64,000 nucleotides of DNA from Octopus vulgaris. Lineage: Eukaryota. Shown here piece after piece: positions 1 to 64,000 of this stretch. The notes under the pieces were generated by a model. The model had not been told where the DNA came from, searched no databases, and saw only the letters and a list, made by a program, of their open reading frames with translations. The first letter of the stretch is position 1. The number at the start of each line of letters is the position of its first letter. The DNA lies in assembly GCA_951406725.2 (NCBI GenBank), contig OX597819.1, forward strand, positions 38,006,001-38,070,000, read 5' to 3'. A program made the position numbers and the translations under genes.

Positions 1-256
1 TTCATTTCATGTTGCTACAGTTCACTCAGCTTGCGAATGAGTATTCCTATGATAGACTAGCATCCCATCCTGGGGTGTAATATATATGCCATGGAATCCT
101 GGAAACTGGCCTTATGAGCTTCTGGCCCATGAAGGACCTTTGGTAATTTTGCTTTGAATTAAATAATAACTCTATAATCTACTTATATTAGTATTTTGTA
201 AACATTTTAATATACATATATGTGTGTGTGTGTGTGTGTGTGTGAGTGTATGTATA

Positions 257-660
257 CTCTTTTACTTGTTTCAGTCATTTGACTGTGGCCATGCTGGAGC
301 ACCGCCTTTTAGTCGAGCAAATCGACCCTAGGACTCATTTTTTGTAAGCCTAGTACTTATTTTATCAGTCTCTTTTTGCTGAACCACTAAGTTATGGGGA
401 CATAAACACACCAGCATCGGTTGTCAAGTGATGTTGGGGGGACAAACACAGACACAAACATATGCACACACACATACACATATATACATATATATACAAC
501 AGGCTTCTTTCAGTTTCCATCTACCAAATCCACTCACAAGGCTTTGATCGGCCTGAGTCTATAGTAGAAGACACTTGCCCAAGGTGCCACACAGTGGGAC
601 TGAACCCAGAACCATGTGGTTTGTAAGCAGGTTACTTACTACACTGCCACTCCTACGCCT
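257..660 (-). mobile_element. tRNA-derived SINE family 1 (internal TA/TG microsatellite)
   Basis: Matches copies at 16914-17300(+), 29072-29463(-), 34173-34583(-), 45110-45478(-), 61550-61900(+) and other partials. Pol III A/B-box-like head, CORE-like gcaccttgggcaagtgtctt, tail ...gactgaaacaagtaaaagag. Confidence 0.85.
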
Positions 661-1438
661 ACATATATATATATATATATATATGATCGTAGTTTCAATC
701 CTAGACTTAATGATGTACCAGAATCAGTATCAGTATTAGCAGTAGTAAGTATGCATATATGCATACATTTGCATGTGTGTGTGTGTAAGTCTTCATCATC
801 AATTTGCAGCAGCTTTTCATACTGTGATCTTGCAGTTGCTGATGTTATATAAAAATTCTTCAAGTCAGTGCCCCAGCATGGCCACAGTCTAGTGACTGAA
901 ACAAGTAAAAGATTAAAGATAAAGGTGTATCAAAAAGGATGAAAGGTCCTTCCCGAGCCACAGGTTCATAAGGCTGGTTTTCAGGATTCTGTGATTTATA
1001 CATTACCCACCTGGAAGGGAAGCCTGTCAATCGGCAGGATTATTCATTTTTTCCATTGAATGGATGGGAGCAATGTGAAATGAAGTGTTTTGCTCAAGAA
1101 TACAATGCATCATTAAGTCCAGGGATTGAAACCACAATCTTGTGATCATGAGTATGATACCCTAACTACTAAGCCTTGAACCTCCTCATATACATATTTA
1201 CACACACACACATGCATGTATGTATAAATATATTGTGTATATCCATATATTACGCCTTACCATCCTTATGTAATGTGATATGACATGGTCAAGCATCTCA
1301 TCTACAGCAAGCAATCTGTGGCCGTCTCTTCTCTCATACTTTAACCTCTCAACACCTAGCATAAAGCTACTTCCCACTCTACAGTACTCTCATCCAATCT
1401 GACTTACACACAAGGCCAGCAATGTAAAGTGATAGGAG

Positions 1439-1703
1439 CTGTTTGTTCCTTCTCGAGCCATCCCTGGCTCTTAAGGGCTGGTTTCCCTGGTCCATTACAG
1501 GTGAGCTGCAAGATGCAGGAGGAAAGAGTGAGAGAAAGTTGTGGCGAAAGAGTCAGCAGAAGTTTCGCCATTACCTTCTGCCAGAGCTGCGTGGAGCTTA
1601 GGTGTTTCGCTCATAAACACACACATCATCCGGTCTGAGATTCGAACCCGCGATTTGGCGACCACGAGTCCACTACTCTAACCACTAGGCCATGTGCCTC
1701 CAC
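1439..1703 (-). mobile_element. tRNA-derived SINE family 2 with TSD
   Basis: A box tggcctagtggttag, B box ggttcgaatctc; 14-bp TSD taaagtgataggag at 1425-1438 and 1704-1717. Confidence 0.9.
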
Positions 1704-1744
1704 TAAAGTGATAGGAGTTAATCAATACTATCAGTTCTTGGCTG

Positions 1745-3753
1745 CATTACCCAACTCTTCGTCTGATGTCACTTTTTGTCCAACATTACTTCGTCCACAC
1801 CTTTTGGTCTGACGTCTTTTTGTCTGATGATGTTTTGTCTAACAACGTTTTGTCCAATTTTAAATAAACTCTTTAGAAAACAAGTTTAGAAAATATCGAA
1901 ACCAAATAATCATTGAGAATCTTATTGATAGGATTCAAGTAAAATACTGTGGAAAAATGTATTTGAAAAAAAAGTCATTTTAAAAAAGTAATATGATATA
2001 ACTGATGATTTATTATGATTACTTAAAATTGATGCAAATTATATGCCACACTCTTCAAAAAATCAATTTTTCTAGTTGACCCATATTCAATGACAAATCT
2101 TTTGAGGCAGTCAGTTATTCTACGATATCGTGTACATGAATTTGACGGATCTCCTCGAAGAATTTGAGTCATCTTAACCTGAACAAACCCTTCCTCTTTC
2201 TTCAGAATTTTGTTTAATTTCCAAATATTCAAATGTGCTCCGCCTACCAAATGCCTTATCACAGAATGAAATCCCTCTGCAGCATTATTTGTTCCAAGAA
2301 GATCTTGAAGAATACATTGATTAACATTCCATACAGCTATCGGGAATGTAGGTGGTTCTCTCCTTCATCTAGCACCACGTCCTCTCACAATGCCTATGTA
2401 AGTCAAGATGAAGTAGACGATAAATTCAACAGGTATTTCTTCATTGTCAATTAATTCTTCATAGGCCTCTTCTACATCTTCAATGGGTAGGCAGGCTAAT
2501 GCTGAAAAACGTTGAATTTTAAGACAGAATTCAGAATCCTTATTGTATTTTTCTTTGATGTCTAAATCTGTAATTTTTCGAAATACTGACAGGTTCAAAT
2601 GAAACAAACATGCCACAACAGATGAATTAGGGAATGATGAATTAAATGTTTTATGAGCTGCAACTTGGAAATCTGCCATGAGATCTAGCAGATATGCATT
2701 AGGTTACATAATTTTCAATTGCTCGAAAAATAATTCACGTCTTCTTTGTTTTATTCAGCAGTAATGCAAAGACCTGGGGGAAACTGCAACATTTAACTTG
2801 TACATGAATGCTAAACAGTTGAAACCACTGTTCTGGCATAATTTTGAATGTTCCATCAAATGTCCAAACTCGATATGATGCTATATCCCGAAGAGCAGTT
2901 TCTGATGCAAATACTTGTATGCACTGTTGATCCTTGATACCTGAATCATATCTCAGAAACTGTTCACCATTATCAACATTACAATATTCTTCAGGTATTT
3001 CAAAACCAGTTCTAGCCCCTGGATTAGTGGGAAATCCAAAATTTTTTGTTGGCACCTTTGAATAGTCCTTGAAAGTACAGGCAAACGAGGAAGTTGAGAG
3101 CAATTCTCTTCTGTTAGCTGTGTAAACTTAGCTGCTATTATGCTACGTGAACTTGCTGCTATGTTTTCCACCACCCTATGCTTTATTTCTGCATCTGCTT
3201 TCTAGCATTTAACAAATCTACACCAGATGGATGAAGGTGCTCACTAGAAAAATAAATAATTTTTGGTTCATTGTTTTCCATTACCATGTGAATTCACACT
3301 GAACATAGCCTTCTTTTCTTACATTTCCAGTAATCTTTTCCTAGTTTTGTATTTCTTGAATGAAAATCGTAGATGTAATTACTTTCATCAACTACTTTTC
3401 TTTTGTTTTTGGTCGATACTATGAACTTTGTTATTTCGGGATGGGTAAATTAAAAATGTGTACACTAAATTTGCAACACTCTCTACACACTGTTCCATAC
3501 TAAAAGGAGTGAAAGTAAAAGAGAAAGTAAAACTGTTAACAGAGAAGGAAAAAGAATGATGATAACAATCCTACAGCGAGGCTCATTATAGTTCTATGAA
3601 ATATCATTAGAGAGTTTCACCTTTTCTAAAGAGTTTATTTAAAATTGGACAAAAAATTGGACAAAAAAAATCATTGGACAAAAAGACATTGGACCAAAAG
3701 ATGTGGACAAATAGAAGTTTGACAATGTGATGTTGGACAAAAAGACATAGCAC
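1745..3753 (-). mobile_element. Mutator-like (MULE) DNA transposon with decayed FLYWCH + DDE transposase
   Basis: Minus-strand peptides YIYDFH..DYWKCKKRRLCSV*IH...EHLHP (FLYWCH, about 3230-3440), WTFDGTFKIMPEQWFQLFSIH...VFALLLNKTKKT and MADFQVAAHKTF...ACLFHL. Repetitive TIRs include a perfect 33-bp inverted match (1848-1880 and 3622-3654). 9-bp direct repeat TCTTGGCTG at 1736-1744 and 3754-3762. Frameshifts and stops present. Confidence 0.9.
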
Positions 3754-4333
3754 TCTTGGCTGGTGGCTTAATATATAGGCCCTTTGGTGATACAAGGCAA
3801 AAATTCACCTAGACAAGATTTAGACTCAGCACATAAAGAACCAGAATAATTGGCAAAAATTTTAAAAATAACTTTAGTCATTTAGACAGTGTTGTCCTTT
3901 CCTCACCACATAAATATTTCTAATTAAATTTTTCAAACTGACCACATTAAATATATCAACACAAATTTAATTATGGATATTATGGCTTTGTTTAAATTAA
4001 TTATGTCTTCAGCCTGTCATTAGACTTCTTCAAACAGATAGAGTGGGCAGCACTATAAAGAATCATTGGAGAAGCTGAAATTATTAGTCTAAATATGCTA
4101 TGGTAGAGGTTGTGGTGGTGGTGTTGGTTGTCGTGGTGTTTTGTTGGTGGTGGTAGTTACTGTGGCAACTGGCTCAATCAGACATGAATGTTAAGCTGAT
4201 ATAACAATATAATGGGAATAGTTAAGATTGAATACAAATATTTATCAAAATTCTGATGAAAAAGCCAAGATATATTCCTATATTTCATATTTATAAGTCA
4301 AAATGCTTATAGATATACAATATAAAATCTCAA

Positions 4334-4383
<50 letters not shown>

Positions 4384-4465
4384 GGTCCCGGGTTGATTCG
4401 GGGTTAACCACAGTAAATAAGGTACTCAATACATAGCAGAGTAAAATTAATTTATTATATAGAAG

Positions 4466-4518
4466 GAGCTTCTACAGGACTAGAACTGTTTCATTCAAGA
4501 GAAATCATCAGGAAGCTC
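4466..4518 (-). ncRNA. Minimal type I hammerhead ribozyme motif (minus copy of palindrome)
   Basis: gagcuuc-CUGAUGA-uuucucuugaau-GAAA-cag uucuaguc cug-UA-gaagcuc: 7-bp stem I, 4-bp stem III, 3-bp stem II after a U.U mismatch. Confidence 0.75.
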
Positions 4519-4546
4519 ATCAGGAGCTTCCTGATGATTTCATCAG

Positions 4547-4599
4547 GAGCTTCCTGATGATTTCTCTTGAATGAAACAGTTCTAGTCTTGTAGAAGCTC
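4547..4599 (+). ncRNA. Minimal type I hammerhead ribozyme motif (plus copy of palindrome)
   Basis: Same motif as 4466-4518, with one C>T change that gives a G.U pair in stem III. Confidence 0.72.
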
Positions 4600-4609
4600 C
4601 TTCTATATA

Positions 4610-4649
<40 letters not shown>

Positions 4650-5063
4650 TAATTAACTTATGAGGAGGCACGTGGCATAGTTTCTTAGGGTGTTGAACTC
4701 ATGATCATAAGATTATGGTTTTGATTCCTGGACTGGGCAATGAGTTGTGTTCTTGAGCAAAACACTTCATTTCATGTAGCTACAGTTCACCCAGCTTGCA
4801 AATAAGTATTCCTGTGATGGACTAACATCTCATCCTGGGTTGTAATATTTACACCACAGAATCCTGGAAACTGGCCTTATGAGCTTCTGGCCCATGAAGG
4901 ACCTTTGGTAATTTTGCTTTGAATTAAATAATAACTCTATAATCTACTTACATTAGTATTTTGTAAACATTTTACACCTGGGGCAAATGTCTTCTACTGT
5001 AGCCTCAGGCTAACCAAGGCATTGTGAATAGATTTGGTAGATGGAAACTAAAAGGAGTCTGTC

Positions 5064-5108
<45 letters not shown>

Positions 5109-5109
<1 letters not shown>

Positions 5110-5325
5110 TCTATTGCATCTCCTGCTCTCTCTGCCATTCCCTGTACATCGGACAAACGGGATGCCGCTTGGTTGACCGGTTCGCGGAACACCTCTGAGA
5201 CATCTGCCTCGGCAATGACACCCTGGTCTCATGCCATTTCCACTCCACCGGTCACTCCTTGCAACACCTGTCTGTGTTCGGATTGTCCTTGCACAGAGGC
5301 CATCTGGACTCCCGTTTGCACCATG
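5109..5325 (+). mobile_element. Penelope-like element GIY-YIG endonuclease fragment
   Basis: Translates IYCISCSLCHSLYIGQTGCRLVDRFAEHL*DICLGNDTLVSCHFHSTGHSLQHLSVFGL; begins directly after a (TA)n tract. Confidence 0.85.
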
Positions 5326-5612
5326 AACTCAGAACCAAGTAGTTGAGAAGCAATCTTCTTACCACACAGTCACGACTGCACCTATATGGTAATCTTTTAT
5401 CTTTTCTCTTCCACATGTTTCAATCATTGGATTCCAGCTATGCTGGAGCACTGCCTTGAAAAGTTTAGTCAAGCTAATCAAGCCCACTACTTATATTTTT
5501 AAGCCTGGTACTTATTCTATCAGTGTCTTTTACTGTGCTGCTAAGTTATGGGGGTGTAAACAAACCAGCACCACTTGTTAAGTAGTAATGGGGGACAAAT
5601 ACAACACACACA

Positions 5613-5669
<57 letters not shown>

Positions 5670-5908
5670 ATCAAGGATGTCAACATCTCCTGGGGACTCT
5701 GGACAGAATTGCATGTTGTTCTGTTTTGAAGGAAACCTTGTAGGAGACCAACAACTAGATGGCTCAAGTAGTCCTTTGGCAATGGCAACAACTGTTGTAT
5801 TTTTAGTAGTAGTAGTAGTAGTTGTTGTTGTTGTTGTTGTTGTCATCATCGTCATAATAGTAGTAGTAATTTACAATGACAAATTTACACTGACAAATTT
5901 TTACCTAC

Positions 5909-59405
<53,497 letters not shown>

Positions 59406-62400
59406 CTGTTTTCAACATATATATAATAAAATTTCATATGAAAAAACAAAGGCAAAAAATATAAAATGAAGTAAAGGATAGCTTTTTCTTAATGGCATGT
59501 TAATTCAAGAGATTGCTTGTTGATTCCTTGAGATTATCTCTCCCTTCTCATTTGGAGTTAGTTGCAATTGCTATGTGTGCGATGATTCAGGCTTATGATG
59601 GTTTTGGCATATTTTAACCTTCAATATCATTCATTCAGAGAGCATCAATGATTGCAATTATCACTAAGATGAAGGACAGTACAATAAAAGGTCTGAAGAT
59701 GTAGAACATGGAAGGCAATGACATAGGATTGAGAAAAAAAGGTTGCAGACAAAGAGATACAATAAGAAAGACTGTATTTATAAACCTGGATAAAGGAAAG
59801 AATGAAGAAAGGCATAAAGTTCACATTATGCATTGGTACACTTGTATTGCTTTCCATTCAAATTCCCATCAAAGTTAAACTTAGATTTGATCTTTTTAGT
59901 CTCAATAAAATAAATTCCAATTAAATATTGGGGCCAATATGATCAGCTGTTATTTTTGTTTTTAACCCAGATATATGTGGCCTTGTGTTTACAAAAGAAA
60001 GTAATGTTTTATGTCTGTAGAAAACAGTCAGGTATTAAAATAAATGGCTTGCAAAAGTTTATTTCCAGTGTTTTGAATTCAGATCCAGCTAGGACCAGTG
60101 TCACCTTTAGGGTTGATAAAATAATAAGTACCAGTAATATACTGATATTGATTTTAATCAATTATGCCTCTTCTGCATGAATTTATCAGCTTGTACTATG
60201 ATGTGAGATGTGAATATTATATCTCTGTAGGGTGGCTGTATAGCGAAGTCAATACAGATTGGAGCCATATACATTACTGTATTTAATGTTTGTCTCTCTT
60301 TGTCCCATACCAGTAATATACTAGGGATGATTCAATCAAATATAACTCTACAATACTTAGTGATAAGCTAGCTTAAGTATGAAATCAATATTATCTCTCT
60401 AAAATAAAGCATGATTTTAATTGCCGAGACAGCACAATTGTCTCTTCAAACTATTCACAGATCATATGCAGATAACTCAACCAGGGCCTCCAAGATGGGT
60501 GAGAAGAAGGAAATTATCATCAAACCAGAACCCGAACTCAAACTCTTACAACAAAGTGTACTTTACTAGGGGCACCCAAGGGCCAAGAGTTGGTGGTAGG
60601 GTGTAAACAGCAATTGTATTCAAACAGAAATTTAGCTTATAAATGACATAAATTTCCTGTGCATCTGTAAATTCTTGATATGATACAAACACTAAATTCT
60701 TGTATATAGTGTTTGGTTTGGAAAACTTTAGATAATATTTTAAGTGACTGGATATAAGTGTCATCCATTATCAGACCTACTTCTCTTACACCACTTTAGA
60801 TCAACAATTTCAATCGTCACTGTGAAGTAGATAGAGATGATTCTATCTCTTCTCTATTTGATTCAATAGACTTAGAGACAGAGTTATGATGAGATTTATA
60901 ATGCTGTAGGTGTCACAACATATAACTTTTCTTCTTTCTATTTCCTTTGAAATAACTTTGCTATAAAACCTGGTAAGAGAAGAGAAAACAAATACAACTC
61001 ACCTATGAAAAAAATGTATAATAAACTTAATACCAGTAGAATCTATAAATCAATTTATAGTCTATATATTTCCTTCGAGTATGAGAAATTTCTTGTCTGC
61101 TATTTCACAAGACATAGATAACCAATAATTAGTGATAAGCTATATTAACTTCTGTCTGCCATTTAATGGACTTACATGTCCAATAGCCCCCAGTAATTAT
61201 ATCTAATTTCTGTTATGATAACTATATGAGAGACAAACACTTCCATGGATTGGATATCAGTATACTGCAGGTATCTTTCTCATGGCAAGAACTGATCTCA
61301 GCACTGCAAACCAAGACAACAACATTATGGTGCTCTTGTTACTGAAAATTGTGAACTTTATTGTCCCCTTACATCACTGGTTCTGAAACTGATAAATATC
61401 AGCCCCCTTTACAAATATTAATGAAATTTTTCCCACCTTCCATCTTTATTAATTTTAATGAGAAGACATAATAGAGTTGGCATCCATATGATTCTTTTTT
61501 TGCTGTGGTGTTGGGCAAATCTTAAAATTTTATAATAATTTTGATTCCCAGCTTTCAGGAATTCAGGTTCAGTCCCACTGCATAGCACCTTGAACAAGTG
61601 TCTTGTACTATAGCCCCAGGTTGATCAAAGTGAACTTGGTAGACAGACAGACACACATACAGATCATTAGATAGATATGTATTTTCATGGCTCTCTGTTT
61701 GAATTTGTCTCTCACCACTGCTTGACAACCATTGTTGGTTTGTTTATGTCCTTGTAACTTATCAGTTTGGCAAAAGAGACCAATAGAATAAGTACCAGAC
61801 TTACAAAGATAAATACTGGGATCGATTTATTTCAGTAAACCGTTCAAGGTGGTGCCCCAGCATGGTCACAGCCCAATGACTGAAACAAGCAAAAAATAAG
61901 AAATAAAAAACCATTTTAATTTTACTAAAAACATGGCGATTTGCCCACCGCTTTCCAATCCTCACAGCCACCCAACATCTCTGAGAAATACTGTCATCCA
62001 GTATTTACATGTATCTAGATGGAATAAGGATATTTCTCATAAACACAATGCAATGAAAGGATTGATTTTCTTTTTATTTCCTAGGTTTGGAGGAAGGGGA
62101 AGCACCCATGGTCTTTGTAGGTGCCCTCAGACCAGAACTATTGCAAGTCAACATAAGTGCCAGTGAGGACTTCTTTGCTGGATGTTTAATTATCCTTCTG
62201 ATACAGCTGCATTCTTTCCATTTAAAACTCCTCCTCCTCCTCCATCATCATCATCGTCATCATCATCATCACCATCACCATCACCATCATCATCATCATC
62301 ATCATCGTTGTCATTGCCACCAGCAGCAGCCACTACCATTTAATATCTTTAATTTTTTTCGTGCTGACATAGATTAGACTGGCCTCACTGTATCTTAGTT

Positions 62401-63087
62401 CTTTGGCAACTGGAACACACAACGACAGAGAAAACTGCTAATTTTTTTATTGTTGTGCATGTCATGCAGAATGTCCTGCTTATCACCAAACAATTTGTAG
62501 CATAGACTAACAACTAAATTGTTAAAAATCTGCTTTATTTATTGCTTTGCTCTGGAGGTAAAGTTTGAGTCCATAGCTTTTGCAATCCATCTGGGACAGG
62601 TTAATTTTCCAATTGAACAGATATAAACTGATGACTGCATGACTAGCACCAAGAAAATATACTAAGTACAAACAGGGTAAACATGTGTCTCATATCGCAA
62701 TAAACAGGAACATTTAAAGTCAATGAATCATCCTCATGGGAAGAAGCACCAGCGTCACAAATAGATGAATACGTAGTAGTTCGAATTGATAAGAGTCTGA
62801 ATTGGAAAACATATCAACCATCTATTTATTATCTGAACTTTGAAGTACAATTAGTGCTCTGATGTGATTTAGACATCAAGAGACCAATACATCATCATCA
62901 TCATCATCATCACCATCATCACTATCACCATCACCATAACCATCATTAGCATCATCATCATCATCACCATCACCATCACCATTACCATCACCACCATCAC
63001 CACCATCATCACCACCACCAGCAGAATTTATGAGGCAGATTTTCTACAACTGGATGCCCTTCCTGTCACTAACACCTATTTTTTCCC

Positions 63088-63123
<36 letters not shown>

Positions 63124-63130
63124 TATATAC

Positions 63131-63162
<32 letters not shown>

Positions 63163-63313
63163 GCATACATACACACACACACACATACATACATACATAC
63201 ATATATAGAGGTACATGCATGCGCAAATGAAGACACATACAATAGGAATACAAAATACAAAATGGCTGACAGTTAGTAAGGAGAGACACACAAATAAGAA
63301 AGAAGAAAGCAAA

Positions 63314-63358
63314 GGACCACTGATGAGGTCACAGGAGTACGACGAAAGAACTCTGGCC
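63314..63358 (+). ncRNA. Type I hammerhead motif, family H (best-preserved copy)
   Basis: ggacca-CTGATGA-g-gtc acaggagtac gac-GAAA-gaac-TC-tggcc; element spans about 63220-63530 next to (TA)n/(CA)n. Confidence 0.7.
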
Positions 63359-64000
63359 GAAATAAGATTAAGATTAATGTAAAAAATGAATAACACTGAA
63401 GTAACACCAAATATATAGTGCGTGTGTTTTTATTGGCTAAACTGGCAAAATGACCATTCTTAAATACAACAGTGTCTGTTTCAACACACGGTTTCACATC
63501 AAAAATCTTGCAAAACAAATATGTAAATGTTATAAATTTAATTCTAATGGAATATTTACTCTCAAAAAAAACCTTATTTAATCAATAATGAACAAATTTA
63601 ACAGAATTCCTCTTTGAGCAATTAAAGGTTTAATATTTCTTTGTTATAATAAAATGTCCAAATATTTCTCTTATTGCATGTGCTTATCAATAAGAACTCC
63701 ATGAGACATTCTCTTTCAAATACATACATTCTTCTTACAGCATAAGAAATTTTAATGACAGAATATTTATCCTAGACCATATCAATACTAATCTATATAG
63801 GATATTTGCAGTGCTTTGAACTCTGACAACTCTTCAGATATACTTTACAAGATATAAATCATTTAGATATATCATACCTGAAGACCAAACGCATTAATTT
63901 TATATTGATAGCTGTAGCTCTTAGTTAAATGCATTAAATTATATTGATAGCTATAGTTCTTAGTTAACTGATATAACCTTACAGAAGCATAGGTCACTGG

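Noticed and set aside
63878-63930. Donor-like CAG|gtatga as an upstream exon of the coiled-coil gene
   Set aside because: No good acceptor, the peptide is not coiled-coil-like, and it overlaps a short tandem duplication.

Overview
AT-rich, microsatellite- and transposon-dense animal genomic DNA. The SINE families and repeat landscape look like a coleoid cephalopod, probably Octopus; this is recognition from memory, not a search. Most ORFs in the supplied track are microsatellite or repeat artefacts. The window lies inside one large minus-strand gene. I reconstructed 12 GT-AG exons (59405 down to 5909) whose phases all join into an uninterrupted 418-aa coiled-coil segment, tentatively CCDC175/CCDC178-like, with start and stop outside the traced exons. 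The introns hold a decayed FLYWCH-MULE transposon with a 9-bp TSD, two Tc1/mariner remnants, a CR1 LINE, several RTE-like fragments, a gypsy pol remnant with PPT and LTR, a solo LTR, MITEs, many tRNA-derived SINEs and two Penelope-like GIY-YIG fragments. The most striking signal is several distinct families of 150-350 bp non-coding elements. Most sit in (TA)n tracts, carry minimal type I hammerhead-ribozyme motifs, and often occur as inverted pairs. Alongside them is an RT-less Penelope-like endonuclease ORF fused to a long (APTPAAP)n repeat.
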